From assembly GCA_003971905.1 (NCBI GenBank), contig RSEE01000102.1, positions 62,001-126,000 on the forward strand: a stretch of 64,000 nt of DNA, read 5' to 3'. The notes under the pieces are model-generated. The model saw only the letters and a list, made by a program, of their open reading frames with translations, ran no database searches and had not been told where the DNA came from. A program made the translations under genes and the position numbers. This DNA is from Moniliella sp. 'wahieum'. Taxonomy: Eukaryota. This document shows, piece after piece, positions 26,760 to 40,600 of this stretch. Every line of letters begins with the position of its first letter. The first letter of the stretch is position 1.

Positions 26760-28129
26760 TTGTACTTGCCCCCCTCCCCTCCCTACTGGACTGCAAGAGG
26801 CACCAGGCCACCTTGCCTACTCCTCATCCTTTGTTCTTTTCGTCCCTTGAATAATGCTGGCCCTGCACCATTCAACCTTTTCTCCGTACTGGCCTTCTTG
26901 GAGGGGCGGTCAAGGCGGGGTTAGGTAGAGGTACGCAGTGCGATTCTCGGTGGTGGCAGTTTTGTCGATTGGTATATTTGATTCTTTGGTGGTGCACGGC
27001 ACCCCTGTTTTGAGGCTGGTCTGATGGGAGCCTGGAACTCCTAAGGAACTTGGGATCCTGGTAGTAGGAGGTCGTAGAGTGGTCCACACGGTCACGAGCC
27101 GAGTTGGCGTCGCACTACACCCTCACAGGCCTCACACCGACATATGATGCACGCATGCGAGGACACTTTGGTCACGGTTTGTATGTGACAGTCGTTATAC
27201 TAGTCTCTTGAGGAGGACTGAGTATAGTACTGCTGGATATGGCCCTGTTTCTCCCTTTGATACTTTTTCCCATCGAAAAAAGCCAGAGAGAGGTATCAAA
27301 GCTCGCTGTTCTTTCCGTCACAGTCGGGTCTCCATATTCCATCAAGATGCATCATGATCGAATTGCCACCGGCAGGTGATCAGCGCGACGCGTGCCATCG
27401 GAAAGATCCTATGCAGATAATGTTTAGTCTGGCATGCCCATGCTGCAGTTAAGCTCTCTGCCCCGGATGGAAGAAATAATATTGGGTTCCCCCATCCTTG
27501 GCATCTCGGTATCTGTGTGGTCTTTTGACCGTTTGGCTGGGTATATACCTGTGAATTGGTGCCATCTTCCCGTCCTCCCTTCCGATCCCGAGCATCCATT
27601 TCATCCTTTGACCGACCACTGGAGAGGCAGCAGTGCGTAGTGAATTACATGATACTGCACAGCAGAGAGGCGGGCGAACATCCGTGTCTCCTGCGGAGTG
27701 CAGTGCTATCCTGCGGGAGACGATGTACCGCAGGAATCTGGTCCCTGGTTGGGCAACTGACTCTGACGAGACACTAGTATTGGCACCGCGCGACAAGAAG
27801 CGCCCTCCTGTCTGTGCCGCCTAGCCAACACCGAAGAGAAGCGTGGGTTACGTCAGCGGCTGGGCAGTGTCACGTGCCATGAAAGCGGCGGCGGCAAGGG
27901 GGCAGGGCGGCCGGGGGCGGCGCCGCGTCTGGCGCGGCCGAGCAAGCGGGCGGACGCATGGGGGGGATGCATGATGGGGGCGATGGTGGGTGAGCGTCGC
28001 CGTCCCCTCGTTTCTCCTCGCCGCGTTTCTAGCCTCACTGCGCCGCCCTAAGCGCCCGTCGTCCGGCTGGCCCCATCTATATACATCCGCTCTCTCCTCT
28101 TCGCCCCCCCCCCCGCCCCCCGCACCTCC

Positions 28130-29967
28130 ATGTCCCCCCACCACCCCCGCTCCTGGACATCCACGCTCAGTCCGTGCTTGCCTGCTCGCCCGCGCCGCGC
28201 GCCAAGCCCGCGGACCTTGTGCTGCTCAACGGCCGCATCCTCACCGAGACCGCCGAGGGCGGGTACGTGTATGGCGCAGAAGCCCTGGCGGTGCGGCACG
28301 AACGGATTGTGTATGTGGGCTCGTGTGCCGGTGCGCGCGCCTTGGTCGGTCCTGCGACGCGGGTGGTGGATGCGCAGCACAAACCCGTCTGGCCCGGGTT
28401 GATTGACGTGCACACTCATCTGGGCAACATGGCCACGTTCCGTTCGGAAGAGCTGGATGTGCGTCGTCCGCCGCTGCCCGATTTGGACGCCGTGCTGGCC
28501 AAGATTGGTGCGGCGGCGCGCGAGAAGGAGAAGACGCCAGGAAAGTGGGTGGTGGCCATCGCAGGTACCGGCACTGACATGCCCACCCGCGCGCAGCTCG
28601 ACCACGTCGCACCCACCGTCCCGGTCGTGGTCAGTGAGAGCATCCACGTCCAGTACCTCAACTCGCTCGCGCTTAGGCTCAGTGGAATCGGTACCGAGGC
28701 AGGCTCTGACCCGCACGACCTCCCGCCCGGCGGGACGATTGAGCGGGACGAGCACGGGGTGCCGACGGGCCGTATCCAAGAGGCCAGTTTCCTCTGGTCG
28801 CGCCGCGTGCCGGCAGTGACGATGGAGGAGCGTAAACGGGCGGTGCATGCGCAGTTGCTCGAGATGGCGTCCTATGGTCTGACTACGATTGGCGATTTCC
28901 CCCAGCCGAGGGACATCAAGGTGTACCAAGAGTTGGCCGACGAAGGCAGGCTGCCGGTGCGGTTGCGTATGAATTTGTTTTGCTCGGGCCACCAGGCGGA
29001 TCAGTCCGAGTCGGGCCACGATCGCGACGACCATCTGGTGCCTATCGTCGACTCGTACGACCACTTTCTCTTGACGGGCATGGGTCTCCGCACCAACTTT
29101 GGTAACGACTGGCTTCGGATCGGCGCACTGAAACTGTTTCTCGATGGCGAGGGATTGCAGCGGTGCGGTACACTGATCCGTATGGCGACCGTACCCACTG
29201 GACTGGCTCGCCCAAAGTATCGGCAGACGAACTGAACGCGTTTGTGGCGCAAGCGCACGTGCAAGGCTGGCAAGTACTGATCCATGCCGTCGGGGACAAG
29301 GGCCAGGAAATGTGCTTGGATGCATTTGAACGCGCGCAGAAGCTGCACCCGCGCACGGCGTCCAAGGCGCTGCGTCACCGCGTCGAGCACATGGGCAACT
29401 GCGAAGGCGGACCAACAACGGTGGGCATGTTGGAGCGTGCCAAGCGGATCGGGGTCACGCCGCTCGTCACACCAGCCTGGGTGTACCTAGACGAATTCTT
29501 GCCCGAGCCGCCTGGGCCGGACGCGAAGCCCGTGCCGGTGGGCGAGACGCCGCTGGACGCTCGGCTGCTGCAACGCACGCTGGTCCAGCACGGCTTCCCC
29601 ATTCCGGGCAACTCGGACGACGAGGGCAGCATGGCCGAGTCGTGGCGGCCCTTCTTCTCGATTGCGCGGCAGGTGCTGCGGCGGACGCGGCTGGGCAAGC
29701 CCAACTCGCCGCAGGAGGCCATCTCGCTCGACCGCGCCATCCAGGCCTGGACGCGCGACTCGGCGTGGTGTGCGAGCACTCGGAGGAGGACAAGGGCTGC
29801 CTGGCCGAGGGCTTCCTGGCGGACTTTATCGTGCTGGACTGCGACCCGCGCGCGCTGGACCCGACGCAGCTGGCCGAGGTGGAGGTGACGACGACGGTGG
29901 TGGGGGGCAAGGTGGTGTTTGAGCGCGACGCGGCGTGTGCGGGCGAGAAGGCGGCGGGGGTCTCTAG
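28130..29967 (+). CDS. Amidohydrolase family 3, YtcJ-like metal-dependent hydrolase
   Basis: ADLVLLNGRILT, PGLIDVHTH (HxH), GGTIERDEHGVPTG, IGALKLFLDG, HAVGD, RHRVEH, KGCLAEGFLADFIVLD, TVVGGKVVF. No intron evident; TATA-like CTATATA at ~28077. Confidence 0.93.
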
Positions 29968-30270
29968 GCGATGGCAATGGCAATGGCAATGGACTGGCTG
30001 GGAGGGCAGCGTGTGTGGAGTATCTTATAGACAGCTGGGAATGTGGGAAAACAGCGGGAAAGTCAATGCACGCCGTGGCGCATCACGTGACATGACCTGA
30101 CATAAGCAGATCGGCCCATCTCGGAGGGTTGGTCGTGCGGCGGGGGGCTGGGCAACCCTAGTGCCCGCGGCGCACCACAGCCGCAGTGCCTGCCTGCTGC
30201 GTTCCGCCCGCCCCGGCTTTTTCCCGCGCGGCTTCCTTTTGCCCACCACCTGTCCTTCAGCCCATCCACC

Positions 30271-30817
30271 ATGGTACGCCCTCTGCCTTTTCTGCTGCGG
30301 CGCACGTGCTGACCCCACTTTGTTCTCCCCCCCCCCAGTCCGACGACGAGAAGCACAATGTCGAGTTCGAGTCGGCCAACGCCGGCGCGTCGCTGACGTT
30401 CCCGATGCAGTGCTCGGCGCTGCGCAAGAACGGCCACGTGGTCATCAAGGGCCGCCCGTGCAAGATTGTGGACATGTCCACCTCCAAGACGGGCAAGCAC
30501 GGCCACGCCAAGGTGCACCTCGTCGCCGTCGACATCTTTACCGGCAAGAAGCTCGAGGACATCTCGCCCTCGACGCACAACATGGAGGTGCCCAACGTGT
30601 CGCGTACCGAGTACCAGTGGTCAACATTGACGATGGCTTCCTCAGCCTGCTTACCCCCGACGGCGACTCGAAGGACGACGTTCGTGTGCCCGAGGGCGAG
30701 CTGGGCGAGCAGCTCCAGGCCGAATTTGACGATGGCAAGGACCTCATGGTCACCATTGTCTCGGCCATGGGCGAGGAGTCGGCGCTGGCGTTCAAGGAGG
30801 CGCCCCAGGGCAAGTAA
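30271..30817 (+). CDS. TIF51: Translation factor eIF5A
   Basis: ATG-only first exon, intron 30274-30338, then [38 protein letters not shown] (hypusine site); 1-nt deletion near 30617; ends ..[18 protein letters not shown]. Confidence 0.97.
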
Positions 30818-31308
30818 GTCTCTCGTTTGTTCCATCCCGACGCTTGCGCTGCTCTGCTGCTCCTGCTTCGGTTTGCACCAAGTACATACATATGTCCCTC
30901 CACCTATGCATGCCTTGGTCTCCCTACCCTTATATCTCCCGCTTTGACCATCCCGTAGCTCTCACAGTCATCAATGGTTCTCTCATGCAATCGTCCTCGG
31001 GCTGTCAGCTCCCCGTCGGGCGCTTCCTACCTCTCAGGCCGAGCAGCCTGTGGCAAAGAAAGGTGGGGGCGTACCCGATCCTGCTGCATCGTGGCCCAGC
31101 GTCAGAAGCAGAAGCAAGTCAGCGATGCAGGGGGAGTGCAGAGCATCCCGTCTCCGCCTCGGGAGCCGCACGGAAGAAGAAGGACAGTGCTCAAGAAGGA
31201 GCGCGCTGGACAACGACAGGGAAAGGAAGCAAGTTGTGCCAGTGCCTGTACCTAGGCAGGCGAGACCAGGCGAGGCGCGGCAGGGGAAGCAATGGGTCTG
31301 TCTGCGCT

Positions 31309-32379
31309 TCAGGGGGCAGGCACGAGGACGTCGTAGTGACCCGGGCGGAACAGAAGCGCGCCCATGCCCAACAACGCCGTCGGGGCTTCCGCCGGCTCCG
31401 TCGGCTCCGTCGGCAAATCAAACCGAACAATCTCTGGTTGCTGCACGGGCACGTGGGTCGTCGCACTGCCCACGTCCACATCGGGCGTCGCGGCTGCCGT
31501 GGCTGCGATCGCATGGTCTTCCGCCGAAGGCACAAGGTACCCACGTCCAGGCTAACCCGCAGTGCACGTGCCAGAGCCGTCACGGCCAAATGGTCCGCCT
31601 CGACGCTCAAGGCCTCAACTTGAGACCGGACAAACTCGTCCATGGTAGGTGCCTCGCCGGTCCCTGCTGTGCCCTCGTAGGCAAATAAAACGGCGCATAC
31701 TCGTCCTGATGCGCCTTGAGAAAGGCGGCGGTGACCAGACGCAAGTACACGACAATGGAGTTGGAGATGACTGGGTCATTGAATGCGGCTACCAACGATG
31801 ACGCGTCAGTGGCTCGGCGGAAGCACTCTGAGCTAGCAAGGTCTCCAACGGCTCGTAAAAGTCGAGGTACACGTCCCGCTCAAACCCAGCTTGGTCCAGC
31901 AGCTGCTGTGTGGCGTGGAGGTGCTGTAGGACAGCGTGGTGCACGCTTGGTCGTGCGCCTCGAGCAGTTTGAGCAGAAGCGCAAACCCGAACGAGCGGCT
32001 GTAACAGTAACAGCACAACAGCAACAACAACAACAGCAACAACAACAACAGGGGTTAGGGGGTTGTTTGGAGTGTTCCTGCGATCGCGCCGCACGAGGAG
32101 GAAAGGAGAGGGGGGAGGTACGCACTAGAAGCAGTCGCCATCGCCGCGGGTTTTGTAGTAGGCGGTGTAGTGGGTGGGCTGCGCAAGCCAGGCAAGTTTG
32201 TGGGCGAAGGACTGGTCGGGTTGGACGCATACTCGTCGGCGAGCACGGCGAGGGGATGGGCCCGGCGAGCATGGCCTGGCCCGCCGCCGACTCGAGGGTG
32301 GCCGACTGGTTGAGCTCGTGCTTCTGCAGCTCGCTCAGCGCCTGCGGTCGTGCAGCTCCGATGCGGATGCGTCGGCCAT
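31309..32379 (-). CDS. Otubain-type ubiquitin thioesterase (peptidase C65, OTUB1-like)
   Basis: LADEY, KTRGDGDCF, RSFGFA, FNDPVISNSIVVYLRLVTAAFLK, VEADHLAVTALARAL, LLFRPGHYDVL. Confidence 0.92.
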
Positions 32380-34582
32380 GGTGCGGCAGGGAGCGAGGGG
32401 TGGGCGAGGAGGAGCGCAGCGGGAGACCAAATACTGAAGCGAACGATGCGCGGGATAGCGAGGAGGCGGGCTTAGTTAATTGTGGCGTTGAAATCGCGGA
32501 TCGCAGCCTCTGTCCAACAGGGCGCGCAGCCGGTTTACCCCGCACTCGGTGTAGAGCAGACGCCAGTGTGGCTGCACATTTGCTTCTCCTCCATCCTCCT
32601 CTCCCAACTTGGTACGCTATATATGAAAGAACGCAACAAATAGACCAGAGGGGGGTAGGGACGACGGATGAACGCAAGGGGTGGACCTTACCTCTCAACC
32701 ACCGAGAACGACGGCATGAGAGATGGCTTGTGATGGAGCAAACGCTGAAGCGAGGTTTACTTGTGTGAAGATCGTTGTTTGGATGGCTGGGATGACGCAA
32801 GCGCGCCACTCCGACGGTCAGGTGGGATGTTGGCACGGAATTTTGTTGCTTGCGACTCGGATTGATCAAGCACTGTGGCACTTGGTACAGCGTCTCGGGT
32901 ATACCTTGCGCAAAAGCACTTGACTTCAACCATTTGGCAAAACATACTTGCTACGGGCTACGGGCCTCCTGGTTGCGGTCTCACATGCCAAAACTCATGC
33001 AAGTCCTGCCTGGCCTCGATTAGCTTGAGATGCCCAAGCAGAGGTACTATATTTAGACGCAAGTAGCAAGTAATCGAGCAAAAGGAGCGAGGACAACAGG
33101 GTACGTATGGTGACAGTGTAGGCGCGTAGTGCCCATACTAACGCCGAAGAGCGGATCATTCGCGTCGGCCCCGTCACAGTCACATTGGTCAGCATCGTGC
33201 GTTAGATCAACTCTGCGTCGCTCATAAACGTAAACACTGACGGGACCGCATCGGTGGCGCTGGAACAAGCCAACGGGTCTGTGCACTCTGCGTCAAAGGC
33301 GTTCAACAGGGAGAAGATTGTGCCAAATAGTGAAGTGAGGCTGGCTTGGAGTTGGGTGTTGGGTGCAAAGCTCTGTGGCTCATTTATGCCGTAGAGCTAC
33401 TTACCGCATGGCGGCTCTTCTTCCGCCTTTGGAAAACGATGTGGTGCACCTGCTTGTGCGTATAGTTGGCTTAATTTGTTTTCCTTTCGCACATCCAACA
33501 CCCCACTTGCTGCCCCCCTGTTCGACCCCCGCATCTTCTCGTTCCGCTGACGGTGATGATCTCCTGCATCTCCTTCAGCCTCCAGCACGTCTCCCACCCC
33601 GCGCGCACGCATAGCGGGGTCCGTACCCACCGCCTCGGGCTCAGCCATCGGGAATCATGGATCGATGATGGGGTGGCGGTGCGGAGGTAGGGCGGGCGAA
33701 AACGTGGGGTCCGTGCGGGGTGGGCGCCGAGTGGGCAGTGCGGCGTGTGTGTGGCAATGTGATATTGACAGGTGTCTCCGTGCCAAGTGGGGTGGGGCCG
33801 GTGGGTCCCCACCGGCCACCGGCGATAAAAAAACTTGCATTATGCATGATGCATGACGGAACGGTGCTGTATGTTGCAGGTTCAAGCTTCAAGGAGGCGC
33901 GGACTTGCTTATTGGGCGAAAAGAGTGGTCTTGGAGAAGAAAGAAGGGACGACCGTGGCGGATGCAACCAAGATTGAGTCCAGTGGGGACTATAGTAGGC
34001 TGTGTATTAGCTGCTCACTCACAGAGACCGGGACTCGGCTGCCACAACAAACCCGAAGTTGATGCTGTAAAAGGCGAAGTCAGTTAAGATAATGGATGTA
34101 CAGTTTCGTCTAGCTTGCTACTGGATCCGTGTAGACTAGCTATTGTTGGCATGACCGCGTGCGTCTGCGACGTTCCATAGCAAAAGCATATATGGAGCCC
34201 CGCGGCATCTGAGCGATTTCTTTGAGGAAGAGCAGACAAAAAGACCTGCTAAACAAGTGGCAAAGGTCCTGGGAAGCTCTCGCGCCTGCCCTCTGCTAAC
34301 CCTCACTGTGTCGACCACTTTAGGTACCCTTATATGTGCGCGTGAGGCCCAAGGTTACTAACCCCGGTAGGACCTAAGATCCCCCGTTCGCCCCACACGG
34401 CGCTAGTGCAGGCGGAACGATGCAATCGGACCCAGTCACGGGAAGCTAATCCTCATCATCAAAGTCACTCTGTGGAACAGCCGCTGCAAAGCAGATCTGG
34501 ACCGCTTTTGCGGTTTATTAACGCCACGGGCAAGGCGGCCGTTTTATCGGGCATCGATTATCTCGCCCTCTTGGCCACCACC

Positions 34583-36969
34583 ATGTCAGCGCCACGCCCC
34601 CCCGAGCACAGCGGGCCCAGCGCCTTCGCACGCACCTCGTCCGATGGGCTCGATATGTTCCCAGCAGGGCAAACGCACACGCTGCCGTACGAGCGGCGGG
34701 CCACCGGCGCCGCCACCGCCCGAGGACACCTGGAAGACGCCCGACATCAGTCGTCGGCCTTCCTTTTCCAAAGTGTCCGAGCCCAGCACGCCCTACGCCG
34801 AGTTGTCCGTCTTGGGCATCGCCGCTCAGCGGGCCTCGCATCAAACCGACCGAACTGAGGCCAAGGACGCCGGTGCAGAGGGCGCCACGTCGCTTCCATC
34901 GCCAAGCACAGCTGGTGCCCCGGCTCTCTCCCACGACCGAGGGGCCAGTGCACACGACGCTGGCCCGCGCGGTGCGCTGGGTGGCGAAACAGATGACCCC
35001 TGAGGAACCCAGCGAGACGGACCTGCAAGATGTTGGCATTGCTCTCCGCGCTCTGCGGCAGCACCAACCGGGTCTTCAGGCCGACACGTACGCCGAAAAA
35101 ATTCGCGCGAGGGCAATATGCTCCAACAGCGTCCGGTCATCTTGCCCACTGCCACGGCCGAAGTGGCGTTTGTTGCGATCAGTTGTGTGGGCCAGGGCCT
35201 GTTTGCGCATTACCTAGGCAACGCCATGGTGCTGCAAAAGCAGCTGCTCGAACGGTTCCCACATGCCCAACTCGCAGCGCGCGTGGTTGTCCGGCGCCTA
35301 CTCCCTCTCCAACGGCGTCATGGTCGTCGTCGCCGGGGGCTGCAGATATGTTCGGGGCGAGAATCATGATTCTTAGCTCGCTTCTCTGGCTCACATTTAG
35401 TTCCATCTTGGGTGCCGCGATCGGGAACAACAGCGGGATCGTCTACCTGATTATTCGTGCTTTCCTCGGTCTTGGTGTGGCAGGAATGACATCCGCTAGT
35501 ATCAGGTACGCCTTCCCCCCCCCCTCCTCGTCCTACCTACCCATGCACACACATCCTTGCAAATCGCTAACACCTTCTCGCGGACCCCTCCCCTTGGATA
35601 CAATAGCTACCTGGGCCGAATCTACAAGCCCGGGCGGCGCAAAACCGTTGTGTTTTCCGTCATGGGGGGGATGGGTCCGACGGGGTACTTGACGGGGGGC
35701 ATTCTTGCCGGTGCCTTCCAACATCATCTACCTTGGATCTCGGGTGTCAACGCAATCATTACCGGGGTCCTGTTCCTTTTGGCGGCGCGGTACGCACCGA
35801 CCGAGCGGACCGTGCGGCGCTTTGAACTGCTGAGCGGCGCCAAGCCCCACCCAGCACGCAAGTTTGACTTTCCTGTGCCATCCTCGCCGTCTCGTCGGTA
35901 GGATTGATCGTGTTTGGTCTGACGCAGGGGAGCAGTGCGCATTGGGCGCCGTATACCTATGTGACGGTGATTGTGGGACTGATCTTACTTCGTACGTGTT
36001 TTGGTTCGTGTCTTGTGTTGGCGTGCACGTGGTCTGACGTGGGGCGATGATGGGTGTGGTATGGTGTGGCGGCTTTTGTTTGCGCAGCTGTGTTTGTCTA
36101 TGTCGAGTCCAAGGTCGAGGACCCCATCGTGCCCAACGGCCTGTGGCGCGTCAAGGGCTTTTCCAGCCTCAGTGCCGTGTTTTTCATGTCGATTGGCTCG
36201 TTTACTTCGTTCCAATTCTATGCCATCCAATTCTGGCTGCGCTTCCAAGGTGCCGACGGCATGACGGCGGCACTCTACCTGATCCCCAACTTTGTCGCTG
36301 GCCTCTTGGCCACGTTTTCCGTCGGCCGCCTCTTCCACTTGCTCCCGGGCCACGTGATCTTTAGCGTGGGCTGTCTGGCCTCGGCCACGGGCTCGGCATT
36401 TTTCCTGTGCACAATCCCAACACGAGCTACTACGCCTTATCCATGCCGGGCATCTTTCTCTCCACTGTACGTACGAGGTCATATGATGGCAGCTTGTGTG
36501 GGGCCACCCCACCTATGACAACCAACTCACCTTTTGTTTGCTCTGATTCTGCCTCGCACCCTCGGTTCAGTTCACCCCGGACCTCACCTTTGCTGCAGCC
36601 TCCATCTTCATCACCAGCAACGTGTCGCGGCGGTACCAAGGCGTTGCCGGTTCGGCGCTTGTTACGCTCCAAAACATTTCCCAAGCCATTATGACTTCCC
36701 TATCCGAAACGGTGGGCTCGAGCGTGGGCGAGAAAGGGTACCCCGTCTTGTCCCTCACCCTCAAGCCCGAGTACCGCCACGTGGGGCTCAATGGGACGTC
36801 GTGGATTGGTCCAGGTGGACATCGGGAGTACGGGTCGGCGCAGGGAACGACGATGGAGACGTTACAAGCGATCTGGTGGTTTGATCTGGGCGGTGCCTTG
36901 TTGGCGTTGATTTTGGCCGTGACCTTGCTGCGCATCCCCAAGCAAGAGGAACGGGAACACCTTGAGTAA
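34583..36969 (+). CDS. MFS drug/H+ antiporter, DHA2/ATR1-like; ~3 introns
   Basis: GAYSL..GG.ADMFG, RAFLGLG, LGRIYKPGRRK, GGMGPTG..GG, RKFDF.GA, VESKVEDPIVP, PDLTFAAASIFITSNVSRRYQGVAGS; many hydrophobic segments. Confidence 0.88.
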
Positions 36970-37676
36970 CCGCAAGAACAACCGTTGCGTCACTTGGTAC
37001 GCAAGCCTAGTTGTGGCTTGGCTTGCCACAACACGCTTTATCACCCTGTGACCCCTTTTCCCTCTGACAAATTGTAGCTTCGTCCGCCGCGAGTTCTACG
37101 TCCCCCCGGTTATCCCTCTCGCCCCTCGTCAATGCATCTTGGATGGATCTATCTCCCTTGAGGTTGGGCGGCGTTTCCCACGTTTCTTTCTATCTTTTTT
37201 GCATCCCTCTGCCTCATTTATCTTCTACCCTCATCCCCGCCTCGCCTGTCTTTTCGCGATGGGTTGATATTGATAGGGCAGTGGTGCGAGCAGAACAGGC
37301 GGGGTGGGATGGAGCGGCCGTTACCGTCATTCATCATTCATCGACATGGGCAAGCGCAGATCAGCTGCCCACCCCACAGCGGGCGCTTGCACCGAGCGTC
37401 GCAGTGCTGCACATGGGATGCGCATCGGACTTGGGCGGCGGCAGGGCACAGGAGCAGTGTGCTGCGCTGCGCTTAACGGGGGGTTATATAGAGTGGGCGC
37501 TGATGGGCGGCGTCGGATGGATGGTGCTGCTAACGTTTAACGTTTAACGTTCAACGGTGTGTATATGTCCTCGAGCACCCTCTGGCACCTCGCCCTTGCT
37601 CTGCCCCGCCCCCACCACCACCTCCACTACCTCCACCTCCACCACCTCCACCACCACCACCACCCGTACACTCGCC

Positions 37677-40600
37677 ATGGCCGCATACGCCCCGCGCGCA
37701 TCCGAGCGCCTGTCGGAGCTGCCCAGCATCCGCAGCGACACGGTCGCCGCCAGCCTGCGCGACGCTTCCTCTCTGGCTTTGTCTACACCGACCTCAGCGA
37801 CAGTGTCCTGGTCGCCCTCAACCCCTTTGCACCGCCGCCGCCACCGCCACCGCCGCCGCCCCAGCCACCCCCGCTGCCGCCATGGCCTCCGTCAACGCCC
37901 TCGAGACCTTGCGCGAATACATTGCGGATGCCCGCGAGCCCCACAAGCAGCGCCGCACCGGCGTCTTGCCTCCCATCTCTTCCAGCTCATCGGGCGCGCG
38001 TACTACTACATGCTGCGCACGGCCAGGACCAATCGATTCTTATCGAGTACGTTCGTCTTCCTTCTTGTCTCTCTCTCTTCATATTTCCCCATCTATCTTC
38101 GTATATTTTCCACATCTTTTCCCCCCTCTTTCCCCATGACACGAATACCCGCATTCTTTTTTGTACATTATTATGCCCATACATATACTCTGTGGTTTCC
38201 GTTAAGAATGCTAGGCACCCTTCCTCCCAATATCTTTTGCTGACTCTTCTTCTCACCGTAACTCCCGCAGCGGTGAAACAGCGTCGGGCAAGTCGGAGAT
38301 CCGTCGCTTGGGTGTCAAGGCACTCGTCGAACTGGGCGTCCCGCCCCCAGGCAAAAAAGGGAGCAAGCTAGCATACCAAGTCCCTGCCGCCGAGTTTATC
38401 CTTGACAGTTTCAGCAAACACTTTGCCTCGGACAATGCCGACGCATCAGCCGCTGTGCGGTACACTGAATTGCAGTACACCGAGGCAGGCAAACTGGTGG
38501 GCTGCAAATGCTCGAGTACTACCTCCAGAAACGGCTGGTTGTCGAACATGCCTCAGGTGACCGCACGTTTCATGTACTCCATTACCTCTTTGCTGGTGCG
38601 TCCGACGAAGAAAAGGAGTTTCTCTCCTTCCCATCCGTGTCCGCAGAGCAGTCAGCCTCCCTTTCGGTACCTTCACGGCGCAGGAAGTCGAGCCCTTCAG
38701 CCTGGATTTCTTCGTGCCGATGCACTCAAGTTGGCCAAACTCAAACATGCATTCAAAAACGTAGGCATGAGCCAACGTCAAGTGGCTAACATTTGCCAAA
38801 TCCTCGCCGCCATCCTCCACCTGGGCAACCTGGACTTTTACCAAGACTCCAACCGTACCGCTGACCCGGCCCAAGTGCGAAATGGGGAAACACTCGCCTT
38901 GGTCGCTCGTTATCTTGGCGTGGCCACCAAAGGGTTGGAAGAAGCGCTTACCTTCCAGACCAAGCTCATCCGCCACGAAGTGTGTACTGTGTTGTGTGAC
39001 ACGCAAGGCGCCGGGGCCAACCGGGATGAGTTGGCCAAGACACTGTACAGCCTCCTTTCCACCTGGATTGGCGAACAAATCAATTCCAAGCTCAGTCGAC
39101 AAGATTTTGATTGCTACGTGGGGTTGGTCGACATGCCCGGATTTGTCGCGACGCCCCTGATGGGCGGACGGTATGGGAGCGCCGGTTTTCGTCGTTGGAC
39201 CAACTGGTTACTAATTTTGCTACCGAGTATCTGCATCGCTGGTGCCTTCACTCGCTTTGAGTCGAAAAAGGACGAGTATGCCGACGAGGGCTTGAGCGCG
39301 ATCCTGCCCGAGGTGAGCTACTTTGACAATTCGGAAAGCTTGCGTCTCTTCCTCAATCGTCCCGGTGGCTTGGTTCACATTATCGATGACCAGTCCCGCC
39401 GGATGCCAAAGAAGACGAATCACACGATGGTCGATGCGTTTGGCAAACGTTGGGGCAACCATCCTGCGTTCAAAGTGGGTCCTATCAGTCGTTCCGGATT
39501 CGCCACATTTACCATCTCGCACTACGCTGGACCGGTTACCTACTCATCGGAAAACCTATTGGAACAGAATAACGAAAAGATCAATTCGGACTTTGTTCGG
39601 CTTTTGGCCGGCGCGCACGGCGGGCACACGTCATGAACGCTCGCCTGGTTCCAGCTCTAGTTTTGTCCGTGGCTTGTTTAGTTCCAAGACGCTCAAAACC
39701 ATCTCGGATCCGCGCAACGACCAAGCGGTCGTTGTGGCGCAGCAGTCGGTTGAGCCCACTCGTACCCCGTCGGTACGGCGAAAGAATGGGGCGACGGGAG
39801 GTTTGACCCGGGCCGGCACGGTGCGCCCTAAAGGGGCCAACAACAAAATGGCGGATGACGACGAGGATAATTACCAGCAAGACAACGAAAAGCTTTCCAA
39901 GGCCACCATCTGTGGTGTGATGGGCGAGTTTCAAGAAGCGCTCGAAGGCCTGTTTGACACGATCAACAATACCAAACCGTGGTTTGTCTTTTGTATCCGT
40001 CCCAATGAGAACCAAATTCCGAACCAAGTGGAGGTCCGGTTGGTCAAGGACCAAGTTGCCCTGCTCGGTTTGGCCGAGATGGCGCGTCGGTTTGTCACCG
40101 AGTTTAGTGTGGGAATGACATACGTTGAATTTTGCCAACGGTATGCCGAGACGGCGTCGTTGGAGAAACTCGATATGGGGTATGCTCAAGGAAGTGAGGC
40201 GATGAAGAAGGTCGCCGACGCAAAGGAGGTGATGGACTGGGACGATTACCATGCTGCCCTAGGACGGTCCAAGGTCTTTCTGGCTTTTGCCTCCTTTCGG
40301 GAGCTGGAGGACGAGCTGCGGATTGGCGATCCGGACGAAATGCGAGCCCACAATCGACGTGTCCTGGCCGACCAACAGGCCTTGGCCCGGCAAGAACACG
40401 TGGACCCTTACTCCTGAGGGGCTGGTGGACGAGACATCGACGGGTCGGCTGCCTGTGGACGAGATGGATACGGTGGCAGATCATGGTACGACCGATATGG
40501 AACACAATCGCACATTTACACTGGGCGACGACGGTAGGGATGCCGACCAGTTTCTTCCTCCTCCGGTAACCATGGGAAGCGGAGGGGGCGGTGGCCCCGA

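Noticed and set aside
32500..34400. Possible small gene between otubain and the MFS transporter
   Set aside because: Only short ORFs with no recognisable motif or consistent splice structure.
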